The notes beneath the pieces were generated by a model. The model made no database searches. It was not told the DNA's origin and was given only the letters and a program-made list of their open reading frames with translations. A program made the position numbers and the translations under genes. Below are positions 42,942 through 53,551 of a DNA stretch of 64,000 nt, one piece after another (the first letter of the stretch is position 1; every line of letters starts with the position of its first letter). The stretch lies in the NCBI GenBank assembly GCA_963785235.1, contig CAWAUM010000001.1, positions 352,001-416,000 of the forward strand. Direction: 5' to 3'. The DNA comes from an uncultured delta proteobacterium. GTDB lineage: Bacteria > Desulfobacterota > Desulfomonilia > UBA1062.

Positions 42942-43979
42942 ATGGAAGTGCTACAGACATTGCAGATTACCTGGTTTGTGTTGTGGGGCCTCCTCTGGGC
43001 GGTCTACTTTATGCTTGACGGCTTCGTGCTCGGCACTGGCATGCTCCACAATTTCCTTGCAAAGAATGAAAAAGAGAAGCAGGCCATGGTCGCTATTGTT
43101 GGTCCGGTATGGAACGGTAACGAGGTATGGCTCATCACGGCAGGCGGCGCAACCTTTGCAGCATTTCCTACCACGTATGCCCTCATGTTCAGCTACCTAT
43201 ACACAGCCCTGCTCCTGCTGCTGTTTGCCCTGATCATCCGGGGGGTGTCACTGGAATTCAGGGGAAAGGTGGCCAATTCAGGCTGGAAGAGGCTCTGTGA
43301 TGCAGGAATACTCCTGGGCAGTTTTCTGCCGGCACTGCTTCTCGGCGTGGCCTTTGGCAACATCTTCAAGGGTCTGCCCATGGATGTGTCAGGCTATCAT
43401 GGGAACCTGTTCACCTTACTAAACCCGTACGGGCTTCTCACCGGGGTCCTTTTTGTCATGTTGTTCGTGGTGCATGGGGCAATTTATACCTCTGTCAAGA
43501 CCAGTGGTGATCTCAGCGAACGTGCATTAGCATTTGCAGGACGTGCATGGGCAGGGCTCCTCATCGTTGCCGTGCTGTTCCTTGCATATACAGCCTTTGC
43601 CACAGGTCTTTACCTGAATTATCTGAGCAGTCCTTTCCTCTTCATTGTCCCTCTCATAGCAGTGGCTGCCCTTATCCTTATCAAGGTCTTTTTGATTAAT
43701 GTGAACGGCCTGAATGCCTTTGCTGCATCATGCGTAACTATCCTCACCGTATGCTTTACCGGTATCATCGGATTGTTCCCTAACCTGATCCCATCCAATC
43801 TTGATCCGGCCTATAGCATGACGATCTATAACTCCTCCTCCAGCCAGACCACCCTGGCCATTATGACGGGCGTTGCCCTTATCTTCGTACCCATTGTCAT
43901 AGCATACAAGATCTGGGTGTACCGGGTGTTCCGGGATAAGATATCGCCGGATAACATGCATGAGGAGAAGGCATACTGA
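42942..43979 (+). CDS. cydB: Cytochrome bd ubiquinol oxidase subunit II
   Basis: LDGFVLG, GPVWNGNEVWL, FAAFP; follows cydA. Confidence 0.96.
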   Translation: MEVLQTLQITWFVLWGLLWAVYFMLDGFVLGTGMLHNFLAKNEKEKQAMVAIVGPVWNGNEVWLITAGGATFAAFPTTYALMFSYLYTALLLLLFALIIRGVSLEFRGKVANSGWKRLCDAGILLGSFLPALLLGVAFGNIFKGLPMDVSGYHGNLFTLLNPYGLLTGVLFVMLFVVHGAIYTSVKTSGDLSERALAFAGRAWAGLLIVAVLFLAYTAFATGLYLNYLSSPFLFIVPLIAVAALILIKVFLINVNGLNAFAASCVTILTVCFTGIIGLFPNLIPSNLDPAYSMTIYNSSSSQTTLAIMTGVALIFVPIVIAYKIWVYRVFRDKISPDNMHEEKAY

Positions 43980-44194
43980 TACCAGGGAAAGATCTTGGAC
44001 ACGAGCTGTTCCCCAAGCCCTTTACACCATGACCAGGGAAGAAAGGGTGAGGGGAATGGTTCCTATTTTGAGTATTCTGGCCGTTAAGCCACATGTCTAT
44101 AGTCCGTTAGTAATGAATTAAGATGTGGGTCTCATTATAAAAGTTTAAAGGAAGAAAGCCACAACGCCAGGCTAGAGAGGGCTTTTGATACCAC

Positions 44195-44605
44195 TTACCC
44201 TTGTAATTTATAAATATGAAGGCTCTTCTCATTATCCTTATCATGAGCATTGATCAATTGATGCACTTTATCTTTTAGTTCCGTCAGATCTGAAGACTTC
44301 ATGACATAGGCATCAGCCGCCATCGCCAGATAATTCTTTTTATAACTGAGATATGCCGTATAAATTATGACAGGCGCATCGATCTTGAGTTTCAACATAT
44401 TGCCGATGGTGTCCAAGCCATCCATCTTGGGCATGCGGAGGTCCATAATCATGAGGTCGGGATGTTCTGATCTTAAAACTGAGGAAATTGCCTCGTGCCC
44501 ATTCGATGCAGTCACAACTTGATATCCTTCGTCTTCCAGTTCCTCAGTGAGGAGCTGTCGTATATGTTTATCATCATCAACTAACAGTATTTTTTTCATA
44601 TGCAT
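44195..44605 (-). CDS. Single-domain response regulator (paralog of 21640-22038)
   Basis: ILLVDDD, DLRMPKMDG, AADAYVMKS. Confidence 0.9.
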   Translation of the reverse strand: MHMKKILLVDDDKHIRQLLTEELEDEGYQVVTASNGHEAISSVLRSEHPDLMIMDLRMPKMDGLDTIGNMLKLKIDAPVIIYTAYLSYKKNYLAMAADAYVMKSSDLTELKDKVHQLINAHDKDNEKSLHIYKLQG

Positions 44606-44823
44606 TCTTTACCTTGATATAATAAGTAGTTATTAACGCTGTTACAGTACTGTGGATTCTCATATTAGTTCTATTATTGAAAGAGATGACATTATCTTCC
44701 TGATACTTTATAGAATTAATTATGACATGATCACTATGAGGGCCGTTCTTTATAATTCTTTATCCTTAATTGCAAGGGGAAAAACATAGTGATGATAAAT
44801 AAAACAAATACGAGGAGGATTTT

Positions 44824-45099
44824 ATGACAAAATCGGATTTAGTTAATGTTATTGCAGCTAAAGCAAAGATATCAAAAGCAGCAGCATTACTAGCTTTAGA
44901 TGCCCTTACAGGGTCAATTGTCGGCGCTCTTAAGAAGGGTGATAAGGTCACTCTGGTTGGTTTCGGGACCTTTGAAGTCGCTAAAAGGGCTGCCCGTACA
45001 GGTGTGAATCCACGCACAAGAGAGAAGATAAAGATCAAGGCATGCAAGGCTCCTCGTTTCAAGGCTGGTAAAGCATTCAAGAATGCTGTAAAAAAATAG
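44824..45099 (+). CDS. hup: DNA-binding protein HU
   Basis: [31 protein letters not shown]. Confidence 0.96.
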   Translation: MTKSDLVNVIAAKAKISKAAALLALDALTGSIVGALKKGDKVTLVGFGTFEVAKRAARTGVNPRTREKIKIKACKAPRFKAGKAFKNAVKK

Positions 45100-45121
45100 T
45101 CATATTTAAGTTCTGCCCTCC

Positions 45122-45170
45122 TTGCCACATCCGGCATTCCTCCCAGGTCTGTCAGGTGTGGCAATTTTTA
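45122..45170 (+). terminator. Terminator hairpin after hup with TCCTCCC in the loop
   Basis: TTGCCACATC...GGTGTGGCAA stem followed by TTTTT. Confidence 0.6.
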
Positions 45171-45256
45171 TTCACTCTGGTTCATTCTATAGATCATCTT
45201 CAAATAACGCATCGGTGTTCGTTTTTATCGGTAACCAATAGGAAGCATTTGGAATT

Positions 45257-46114
45257 TCAAGCTGGAGTATATCTTTTTCCGCTAAGCTCCTGGATATTGA
45301 ACTCGATCCTTAAAACATTCCCTTTCTCATCACAAATAGGAGCCAGTATGTTATAAAATATTCTCCCGTCATACTCTTCTAAGAAACCGTCTGACTGGCC
45401 TGATGACATGACTCTATCAAAGTTGATCTTTCTTTTTTCAGCCAATTTATCTGGTGTATGATGAAATATTGAAGATCCCACCAATTCATTTATGCTCTTC
45501 CCCAAAATCTCTGCAGCTCCCTCATTCAGGTCTAATACAATACCAGAAGTATTCAGAAGGATCTGTGGACCTAGTCTGTCACTTAAGTGGTTTGTCTTAT
45601 CCCTCATAGTATTATCCTGAGACTTCTCAATCGATGCACGATCTGTAATTTCTCTGGCCACAGAAATAACAGCAATAACCTTACCATTACGAGTAAGGGG
45701 AACCCCGCTAACCTCACCCAACTTTTTTGATCCGTCTTTAGTTATAAATCTGTAGATGGAATAGAGGACTGTATTCCCAGAAAGTACGTGAAGTGCGTTG
45801 TCGAGTGCTTCTTCATGATCTAATGGGTCTAGAATATTCAGAAGATCATAGAAATTACTGCCGATCAGTTCTTCGGGTTTATATCCAAGAAGTCTTTCAA
45901 CATTTGGCGAGATATACTTCAATGTAAATTGGTGATCATAAGAAAACATAACATCATTGGACACCGAGAAGTGGATACGAAAGTAATCTTCATACTCTTG
46001 CAAAGAATTTTCAACGAGCTCTACTGTTTTAGCTACGCTTTCCAACTCTGCTATTTTCCTGTAAGCAATTTCCAGTTCAGCTAAAAGCAGGTCTCTTGTC
46101 TTATAATTTTCCAT
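45257..46114 (-). CDS. Coiled coil + two PAS domains, no output domain
   Basis: YISPNVERLLGYKPEELIG and LNEGAAEILGKSINELVG PAS signatures. Confidence 0.8.
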   Translation of the reverse strand: MENYKTRDLLLAELEIAYRKIAELESVAKTVELVENSLQEYEDYFRIHFSVSNDVMFSYDHQFTLKYISPNVERLLGYKPEELIGSNFYDLLNILDPLDHEEALDNALHVLSGNTVLYSIYRFITKDGSKKLGEVSGVPLTRNGKVIAVISVAREITDRASIEKSQDNTMRDKTNHLSDRLGPQILLNTSGIVLDLNEGAAEILGKSINELVGSSIFHHTPDKLAEKRKINFDRVMSSGQSDGFLEEYDGRIFYNILAPICDEKGNVLRIEFNIQELSGKRYTPA

Positions 46115-46554
46115 GCACAGCCACTCATCATAACATCAAAATATAAATTGAAATAAAATTCAGATGCCTTAATTATAATGTGATAATTAGTAATGTCAAT
46201 TACTGCCCTCAAAATTCCTTATGACAAAAATTCTTATGCCCCTTGACTTTCATAGAGTTGATATTACCTATACTATAATAGTTACATTTAAATTTTAATG
46301 AATTTCAATTAGCAAACTATACAGCATTATATCTCCTTGTATTTATGCCATTTCAAAATTGAATTGTCCGGCAATTGAAGTGTGTCCATTTGCCGTCTTA
46401 TTTCTCTGGTTGGAAAGTAACAGAGAATATCCAGTTGGGAAGGGAACACCAGCAGATAAAATGATACAAGCTTGCTCATTCGACCTACCTGGAAACATCA
46501 CGAGATAAACACCAATCTGAAGTGCATGGATATTTGTATACACAGGGGGAAATC

Positions 46555-47775
46555 ATGCGAAAAAATATCACTATATCTTTTTTTGATAACCTCATCAGCG
46601 AACCGGTAAACAGCCTGATCCAGAAGGCCGTTGATGAAGGTCGTGTACCCATAGGTTATTCATGCAGCCTCATCCCAGAACCACTACTATCTTTAGGGAA
46701 GCTCTTTCCTGTACGTCTCTATGCACAAGGTGTCAACGGGACACAGATAGCTGATAACTATCTCTCCAGTGTACTATGTTCCTATTCACGGAGCATTCTC
46801 GAACGGGCTATCATGAACGGGTTTGACTTCTTGGGTGGTGTGATCTTTGCCGCGAGCTGTGACCACATCCGCAGAGCAGGGCAGCACTTTGAATTGCTAG
46901 GGATAAATAAGATCAATCCAAACTTTTTCTCCTACCTTGTCGATGCTCCCCGCAAGGTTTCACCCATTCATGTGGAATGGCTTGCCAAAGATTATCGAAA
47001 ACTGGCGGGAAAACTAGCGGATAACTACGGGGTCGACACGAGCGATTCGGCTCTGTTCAGTGCAATCAAAGAGCACAATAATTTTACTTCCTTACTGAAG
47101 TCGATTGGAGACCTCCGGAAAAATGATCAGCCCCCCATCAGCGGCACCGAGTTCCATAAGCTCATGGTTGCATCAAAGCTCACCCCGAAAGATCTGCTCT
47201 TGGAACCCCTTAAAAACTACATGGATACTCTCAAGGAACAGGTTGTTCTCAGAAAACATCGTGCACGTATTATGGTCATAGGTTCTGAATGTGACAATCC
47301 TGCCTACACCGAACTTATCGAATCCCAGGGGGCTTTGGTCGTGGCGGACCGATATTGCTGGGGGTCACTGCCCGGGTTGGAGCCCATACCTGAAGAAAGA
47401 GACCCCTACATCTCCCTCGCATCCCATTACCTAAACATGTGTGCATGCCCGCGCATGATGGAAAAGTATCAGGAAAGGGTTGATCAAACCATCACCTACT
47501 ACAATGAATATAAAGCTGATGGGATTATCCTCGAGACCATGAAGTTCTGCGATTTGTGGGGATATGAAATTCTGACCATGGTGGAAGCCTTGCATAAGGC
47601 TGATATACCGGTAGTGCGCGTTGAACGTGAATACCCCCTCACCGGACAGGGGCAGCTCCGCACACGGATCCAGGCATTTATCGAGAGCATCGAAGGCCGT
47701 CGGGACCTGCAGAAGGTCAGTATGAGTATTCTGAAAAGGAGGGGTACCGGATATGATGGAAATGCTACGGCGTGA
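46555..47775 (+). CDS. 2-hydroxyacyl-CoA dehydratase family subunit (HgdB/FldC-like)
   Basis: GYSCS..PE, LCSY, SCDH.RR, CPRM, KFCDLW, GQLRTRIQAFIE; ATG 46555 after GGGGGA. Confidence 0.88.
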   Translation: MRKNITISFFDNLISEPVNSLIQKAVDEGRVPIGYSCSLIPEPLLSLGKLFPVRLYAQGVNGTQIADNYLSSVLCSYSRSILERAIMNGFDFLGGVIFAASCDHIRRAGQHFELLGINKINPNFFSYLVDAPRKVSPIHVEWLAKDYRKLAGKLADNYGVDTSDSALFSAIKEHNNFTSLLKSIGDLRKNDQPPISGTEFHKLMVASKLTPKDLLLEPLKNYMDTLKEQVVLRKHRARIMVIGSECDNPAYTELIESQGALVVADRYCWGSLPGLEPIPEERDPYISLASHYLNMCACPRMMEKYQERVDQTITYYNEYKADGIILETMKFCDLWGYEILTMVEALHKADIPVVRVEREYPLTGQGQLRTRIQAFIESIEGRRDLQKVSMSILKRRGTGYDGNATA

Positions 47776-49201
47776 AAAGATAAGAGATGCTTGGGTTCCC
47801 TACAAGTACTGGGCAATCAATTGGATGAATATCAACCAATTTTTTCTAAGCATGCCTGTTACGGTGCTCAAAGGCATGTTCCGCTATCCTTGGATGTACG
47901 ATCTCCTCAAGACCAACGCTCTTGCACTTCGTCACGCTGAGGGTCGTACGGGTCGGCATAAGGAAGCCATACTGCTATACTATGCCATGGCTGTTAAGGA
48001 TGTGAATGACATGCTGACAGATACTCTTGTGAGTACAGATCGTCTTGTCCTGTCTGAAGACATGCTCCCACCAGAGATCATCTGTTCTATGGGCTTGAGA
48101 CCATTTACAATGGAAGTTCCTGGCATTCTCATGTGTATGATGGATCAGCATTCGGCACACAGATATATGGACAGGGCCCAGAATGAAGGATTGCCTGGCG
48201 ATACCTGCAGCCTTCCAAGGGTAACTATGGGAACAATTCTAGAAGGGCATATACCCAAGGCAGTCGCCATACTTACTACAAATCTGCCTTGTGACGGTGG
48301 AATGGCCTCATATGCAAAGCTGCAGGAGATCACAGGACTGCCCACCTACAGGCTCGATGTCCCCTACAATTTCAAGGATGCCGATGCCATCGACCTCTTT
48401 ACAGAAGACCTGAAAAACATGATCTCGTTCCTTGAGAAAAACACTCCAGGCCGGATGGATTGGGAGAAACTGCGACAGAACTGTGAGAACTACAACAGGC
48501 TCAACGATATCGAGATGGAGCGCTTCGATATGCTCACCTCCGATCCACCGCCCCTCGTTGGCGACAGTGTTACCCTTCCTCATTTCTATTGTTTCAATAA
48601 CAGGCCAGTTACCAAGGATTTCATCGAAACATATCATCGCATCTATAAACTCATGAAGGCAAACTACGATGAGGGAAAACCTGCCATCCCGAATCAACGA
48701 TATCGTGCCTTGCTGTGGAATCCCATGCCAACGGTCTATTCACATGTGGAGAACTGGATGGAGAGGACTTGGGGCATTGGGATCGTTATGGATATGCTGA
48801 GCTACGGATATACCGAGCCCCTCGATACCTCATCTAACGATGCAATGCTGCGGTCTCTTGCTAAACGGTACATGTGGGGAACCATGGCGCGTCATACAAG
48901 AGGGCCAGTATCCAACTTCTTTGAGGATATCTGGCAGGCATATGCTAAATTTAAGTGCGACATGGTCATCATGGCCGCCCATGTGGGATGTAAAAGTACC
49001 ATGGGCATGCTTGGCGTTCTTAGGGAAAATTGTCGTAAACGAAAGATCCCACTCCTTGTATTTGAATATGAGTTAATGGATACGCGTGTGTGCTCCAGGC
49101 AAGGTATCCGTGACCAGATCAATAATTTTATGAAGAATATTATGAAAGCTGATCCTTCAGATCCCAACCTGCTTGTCATCGATGACACCATGGTGTGGTG
49201 A
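47753..49201 (+). CDS. 2-hydroxyacyl-CoA dehydratase family subunit (HgdA/FldB-like)
   Basis: GLPGDTCS, PCDG, HVGCK motifs. Confidence 0.85.
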   Translation: MMEMLRREKIRDAWVPYKYWAINWMNINQFFLSMPVTVLKGMFRYPWMYDLLKTNALALRHAEGRTGRHKEAILLYYAMAVKDVNDMLTDTLVSTDRLVLSEDMLPPEIICSMGLRPFTMEVPGILMCMMDQHSAHRYMDRAQNEGLPGDTCSLPRVTMGTILEGHIPKAVAILTTNLPCDGGMASYAKLQEITGLPTYRLDVPYNFKDADAIDLFTEDLKNMISFLEKNTPGRMDWEKLRQNCENYNRLNDIEMERFDMLTSDPPPLVGDSVTLPHFYCFNNRPVTKDFIETYHRIYKLMKANYDEGKPAIPNQRYRALLWNPMPTVYSHVENWMERTWGIGIVMDMLSYGYTEPLDTSSNDAMLRSLAKRYMWGTMARHTRGPVSNFFEDIWQAYAKFKCDMVIMAAHVGCKSTMGMLGVLRENCRKRKIPLLVFEYELMDTRVCSRQGIRDQINNFMKNIMKADPSDPNLLVIDDTMVW

Positions 49202-49210
49202 GGTGATAAA

Positions 49211-50068
49211 GTGAACAACAATACAAAGTACTACTGCGGGTGCGATGTGGGGTCCACTTATGGAAAAGCGATGATAATCGATGATTCGGGAAAAGTCCTT
49301 GGATCATCTATAGTCAGAAGCAAGGTCGATCCAGAAGAAACGGCCCGTATATCCATAGCCGAAGCTATAAAAGACATTCCAGGGCTCGACGATATATCTC
49401 AATTCTCCTATCTTGTAGGTACAGGGTATGGCCGCAACGAGGTGCCCTTTGCCAATGAGAATATCTCTGAAATAAGCTGTCATTCGCTGGGTGTATTCAC
49501 CTGCGAACCAGAGGTGAGAACCATTGTGGATATCGGAGGCCAGGATGTGAAGGGTATCGGTGTCGCGGATGACGGGACGGTCAGAGATTTCTGTATGAAC
49601 GACAAGTGCGCTGCCGGAACTGGTCTCTTCTTTGAGGGAATGAGTCGGGCATTTGAGATCAATATTGCCGAGTTTTCCAACCTTTCACTTACAGCGAAAA
49701 AGGTCATCCCCATCACTTCCCAGTGCAGTGTCTTTGCCGAGACCGAAGTGATTAGCCTGTTGGCAATGAAGAACTCACCGGCAGATATCGCCGCAGGTAT
49801 CCAGCAAGCTGTAGCAAAACGGTGCCTCACAATGCTTATGAGGGTTGGGATTCAGGAAAAGGTTACAGTCACGGGTGGCTGTGCAAAGAATTATGGGTTG
49901 ATACAGGCACTCGAGAACATCCTGCGTACCGAACTGGCGCATCTGCCTATCGACCCGCAACTTATGGGCGCGTTAGGAGCAGCGATTTTTGCACATAGAA
50001 AGGCATTTGTTAAGGGAGACAGCACCTCTGTCATAAATAATAAAAGTGTACCATACAGTCTTCATTGA
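49211..50068 (+). CDS. ASKHA-type CoA-substrate enzyme activase (HgdC/FldI-like)
   Basis: DVGSTYGK, GTGYGR, EISCH, DIGGQD, MNDKCAAGTG, CSVFAETE, GALGAA. Confidence 0.93.
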   Translation: MNNNTKYYCGCDVGSTYGKAMIIDDSGKVLGSSIVRSKVDPEETARISIAEAIKDIPGLDDISQFSYLVGTGYGRNEVPFANENISEISCHSLGVFTCEPEVRTIVDIGGQDVKGIGVADDGTVRDFCMNDKCAAGTGLFFEGMSRAFEINIAEFSNLSLTAKKVIPITSQCSVFAETEVISLLAMKNSPADIAAGIQQAVAKRCLTMLMRVGIQEKVTVTGGCAKNYGLIQALENILRTELAHLPIDPQLMGALGAAIFAHRKAFVKGDSTSVINNKSVPYSLH

Positions 50069-50386
50069 TTCGGTACAAGGTGTTGTAGAGGGAGGATTAG
50101 GGAATGTCGATGATAATAAAAATTCTATTTATTGCAGGATCATTTATTGTTTTATCCTTTGTCATATATAAAAAGAAGCTCGATGATAAGCTCCTTGCGG
50201 TTATGGAACCTTTCTTCCGAAAAATGACCAAACAGGCCTGATGAAAGGATAATCAGTCCCCCCTAAAAGCATGGATGATTAGAAATAGGTATGAGCATCC
50301 GTGCCACAATCAACAGTTTGCAATTATTAAAGAATAATTAATATCATCTTGGTTTTAAAATCTCTGGGATACTGATGATCTTGTGT

Positions 50387-50533
50387 GAGGTTGTCGAAAA
50401 ACCCAGCAGAGATAACGTGATGAAAAAATAACCTCGCAGAATGCCCGACACTTGAAATATTATAATTGGAGCTTCTGTTTTGTTGATCCAAATTTGATAG
50501 TTTTGAACTTTGCTGGAGTTTTTCGACAACCTC
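50387..50533. mobile_element. 147 bp MITE-like element with 22-23 bp terminal inverted repeats
   Basis: GAGGTTGTCGAAAAACCCAGCA ... TGCTGGAGTTTTTCGACAACCTC (one indel), AT-rich non-coding core. Confidence 0.7.
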
Positions 50534-50858
50534 TGTTTTGATAATCTAAGCAGGCATATGAGCTATGGACTACTACAAATCCTGAATGGATAATACCTTG
50601 TCTTCATATTTATTAAAGACGGTTTGATATGTAGAGACGGTTTGTTTCCTTTGTAACGCGATTATGAAGTCCTTGGAAAGCAACTTGAATCAAATAAGCA
50701 TACTTGGATTTATCATACCTCCCAGGATGCACGGAGATACTCCCGTCAAGGGAGAGAGGGTGCTTAATTATTCTTTACTCTCTCCAAGCCTCCCCCATCT
50801 AGGATGAGGGGCTTCCATCTTGATTTGTCAGCCTCATGCCAACAGCATTGAAGCATGT

Positions 50859-51647
50859 TTATTTCTTCGGCGGCAGGAGCATGTCCTGGATGCGGAACAT
50901 GAACGAGCCCATGACCCCTGCGTATTCGGGCGAGCCTTCGAGCCTGATGTCGCCGTCCGCTGTGGCGCTCACGGTATCCTTGCTCTCTGCAAGGACCTTA
51001 TAGGCGCCTTCCATTCCGTTGAAACGCATGTGTACGAAGGGGGCCTTGCGGGTATAATGGCCATGGCCTGCCTTGGTTCTGCCTCCCTTGACCCTGAGGT
51101 AGGCCGCAGGTCCCGCAGGGTCGATGGACATCTGGTAGATGCGGTCGGGCTGCTTGGCCGTCCAGGCCTCCATATCCTCGTCGCCGCCCTTGTTGAGCTG
51201 GCTCAGGGCATTGGTGACCATGTACATGATGAGCTTCAGTTTCAGCTCGCGCTTGGCCGGATCCTTGGGGTTGACGTTGGGCATGAGGAGCAGCAGGCCC
51301 AACAGGAGCACCACGAGCCTGATGAGCAGCGGGAGTTTCCAGATGCCCTTGGGAAGGCCGCCGAAGACCGGGATGCCCCCGGTGAACATGGCATTCATGC
51401 CCGCGGCATGCTTGAAGGGCAGCGCTATATCGGGATCCGGATGAATACCCTGGATGACATCGAGCTTCCCGTCTTTGAACTCCAGGTAGGCGCCGGTATC
51501 AGTGCCCTTGATGAATAACTGGATCACCCCGTCGAAGCGTGCGAGGAGCTTCTTGAGGGGAGTATTGTCCGCCTCGTAAAGCACCTTGAAGAGCGGCATG
51601 ATCGATCGCAGGACAATCCTGTTTGTGAGCATCACCTTGTCTGCCAT
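50859..51647 (-). CDS. Hypothetical protein with probable tandem SCP2 (sterol/lipid carrier)-like domains
   Basis: AYLEFKDGKLDVIQG..PDIAL.F and AYLRVKGG..A.G.......MRF...DGDIRLEG patterns; last gene of the operon. Confidence 0.6.
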   Translation of the reverse strand: MADKVMLTNRIVLRSIMPLFKVLYEADNTPLKKLLARFDGVIQLFIKGTDTGAYLEFKDGKLDVIQGIHPDPDIALPFKHAAGMNAMFTGGIPVFGGLPKGIWKLPLLIRLVVLLLGLLLLMPNVNPKDPAKRELKLKLIMYMVTNALSQLNKGGDEDMEAWTAKQPDRIYQMSIDPAGPAAYLRVKGGRTKAGHGHYTRKAPFVHMRFNGMEGAYKVLAESKDTVSATADGDIRLEGSPEYAGVMGSFMFRIQDMLLPPKK

Positions 51648-51659
51648 GGCCGTCCTCCT

Positions 51660-52667
51660 TTATGCCTCGTCTTCCCAGTCTTCGTCTTCTTCTATCTCCA
51701 GACGCATGAGCTCGCTCACGGTCTCCACGATGCCGTCCGCATCGAACTTGTAGAAGTGGTAGAGGTCTTCGGGGTAGCCGACGATGGCATAGCAGTCCGG
51801 GACGCCGAGCTTTCTGAAGGCGCAGGCCTTGCCGCTCTCCACGATGACTTCGGCCACGGCCGAGCCGAGGCCGCCCATGATGTTGTGATCCTCCACCGTG
51901 ATGATGCGCCTCGTATCCTTGACCGCCTGGATGATTGCGTCACGGTCGATGGGCTTGATGGTGTGCATGTTGATGACGCGTGCTGAGAGGCCCTGCCGGT
52001 CGAGCAGCTCTGCCGCGCGTACCGCCTGCAGGACACCTACGCCGCAGGCGATGATGGTGACATCCTTGCCCTCGTGCATGGTAATGGCCTTGCCGATCTC
52101 ATAGCCATAGTCCGGTGTCTTGTTTACCGGGGGCTCGAATCCCCTGCCGATGCGGATGTATACGGGCCCGGGCCATTCCATGGCCGCAGCAACGGCATTG
52201 CCTGTCTCCATCCCGTCGGAAGGGACGATGACGGTCATGTTCGCAAACGAGCGCATGACCGCAATGTCCTCGGTGCAGTGATGGGTGGAACCCGCCTGTC
52301 CGAAGGAGATCCCTGCATGGGTGGCGATGATCTTTACCCCCAGGTTCTGGTAGCAGATGTCGGTGCGCACCTGCTCGGCGCACCTCAGCGATGCGAAGGC
52401 CGCAAAGGTCGAGACTACGGGCTTAAAACCCGCCAGGGCGAGACCGGCGGCCATGCCGAACATGGTGTTTTCGGCGATGCCGACATTGATGAACCGCTCC
52501 GGATACTTCTTTCCGAAACGCCCGATTTTTGTGGAGCTGGCCAGATCCGCGGTGAGAGCCACGATATCGGGATACCTGTCCCCGAGCTGGGAGAGCACCT
52601 CGCCGTATACTTCCGCCTGGGTGAGCTTGTCACCATCCGTTACCGACCATGTCATACCTTCAGCCAT
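51660..52667 (-). CDS. Transketolase, C-terminal (pyrimidine-binding + C) subunit
   Basis: ADLASST, NVGIAE, EQVRTD, GSTHH..EDIA, GPVYIR, TIKPID, EDH...GGLG; RBS AAGGAGG before ATG 52667. Confidence 0.93.
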   Translation of the reverse strand: MAEGMTWSVTDGDKLTQAEVYGEVLSQLGDRYPDIVALTADLASSTKIGRFGKKYPERFINVGIAENTMFGMAAGLALAGFKPVVSTFAAFASLRCAEQVRTDICYQNLGVKIIATHAGISFGQAGSTHHCTEDIAVMRSFANMTVIVPSDGMETGNAVAAAMEWPGPVYIRIGRGFEPPVNKTPDYGYEIGKAITMHEGKDVTIIACGVGVLQAVRAAELLDRQGLSARVINMHTIKPIDRDAIIQAVKDTRRIITVEDHNIMGGLGSAVAEVIVESGKACAFRKLGVPDCYAIVGYPEDLYHFYKFDADGIVETVSELMRLEIEEDEDWEDEA

Positions 52668-52677
52668 ATGCGCCTCC

Positions 52678-53526
52678 TTAACCGAGCAATCCGGAGTAAT
52701 GTTTATCAATGCATGCCAGTGCCTGATCCCTCAAGTCGGAATTCAACCCGCCATAATGCCACTGCGCCTGGCCTTCCATGAGGTCCACACATTTGCCTTT
52801 TACTGTTTTGCAGATGATGACCGTGGGCTTTCCCTTGATGGCCTGGGCCTTTTCTATTGCCTCGCCGATAGCGGCAAAGTCGTGTCCTTCGATGACAAGG
52901 GTTTCCCAGCCGAATGCCTTGAATTTCCCATCAATGGGTTCCAGGGTGGTGATCTTTTCGGTAAGGCCGTCGATCATGAGATTGTTCCGGTCGATGAAGG
53001 CAGTGAGGTTGTCGAGCTTGTGGTGACCGGCCAGGATTGCCGCCTCCCACACCGTGCCTTCGCAGAGCTCGCCGTCGCCCATCATACAAAAGGTGCGGAA
53101 ATCCTTCTTTTTCAAGCGGGCTCCCAGCGCCAGCCCCACGGCAATGGCGAGGCCGTGGCCCAGAGAGCCGGTGGAGGCATCGCACCCCTTGACCTTGAGG
53201 CTGTCCAGGTGCATGCCGAATGGGCTGCCGGTCTTGTTGAAGTTCTTCAAGAGGGCCTTGTCAAAGTACCCCTTGTCACCCAGCACGGTCGCCCATCCTA
53301 TGCCTCCATGTCCCTTGCTCAGGATGAACCGGTCGCGGTCTTCCCATTCGGGTCTGGTTGGATCAATGTTGAGGTATTTGTAGTAGAGCGCTACAAGCAC
53401 GTCGGTCTGGGAAAGCGATCCGCCGATGTGCGACCCCCCGCAGGTAAAGGTGGTTTCAACGATGGCCTTTCTGATCTCCCATGCCTTTTTCGTAAGTCCT
53501 TTTATCTCTTCTTGCGTAAGCGGCAT
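52678..53526 (-). CDS. Transketolase, N-terminal (ThDP-binding) subunit
   Basis: SHIGGSLS, DRFILSKGH, STGSLGHG, GDGELCEG..WEA, TVKGK, WH. Confidence 0.93.
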   Translation of the reverse strand: MPLTQEEIKGLTKKAWEIRKAIVETTFTCGGSHIGGSLSQTDVLVALYYKYLNIDPTRPEWEDRDRFILSKGHGGIGWATVLGDKGYFDKALLKNFNKTGSPFGMHLDSLKVKGCDASTGSLGHGLAIAVGLALGARLKKKDFRTFCMMGDGELCEGTVWEAAILAGHHKLDNLTAFIDRNNLMIDGLTEKITTLEPIDGKFKAFGWETLVIEGHDFAAIGEAIEKAQAIKGKPTVIICKTVKGKCVDLMEGQAQWHYGGLNSDLRDQALACIDKHYSGLLG

Positions 53527-53551
53527 CCCAACCTCCTTCACGTGATTATCT

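Noticed and set aside
46380-46550. Possible cobalamin riboswitch (hairpin plus GGGAAGG) upstream of the dehydratase genes
   Set aside because: B12-box and other core elements are not recognisable; an Infernal search would be needed
50617-50645. AGACGGTTTG direct repeat
   Set aside because: Only two 10 bp copies between convergent genes; no supportable function
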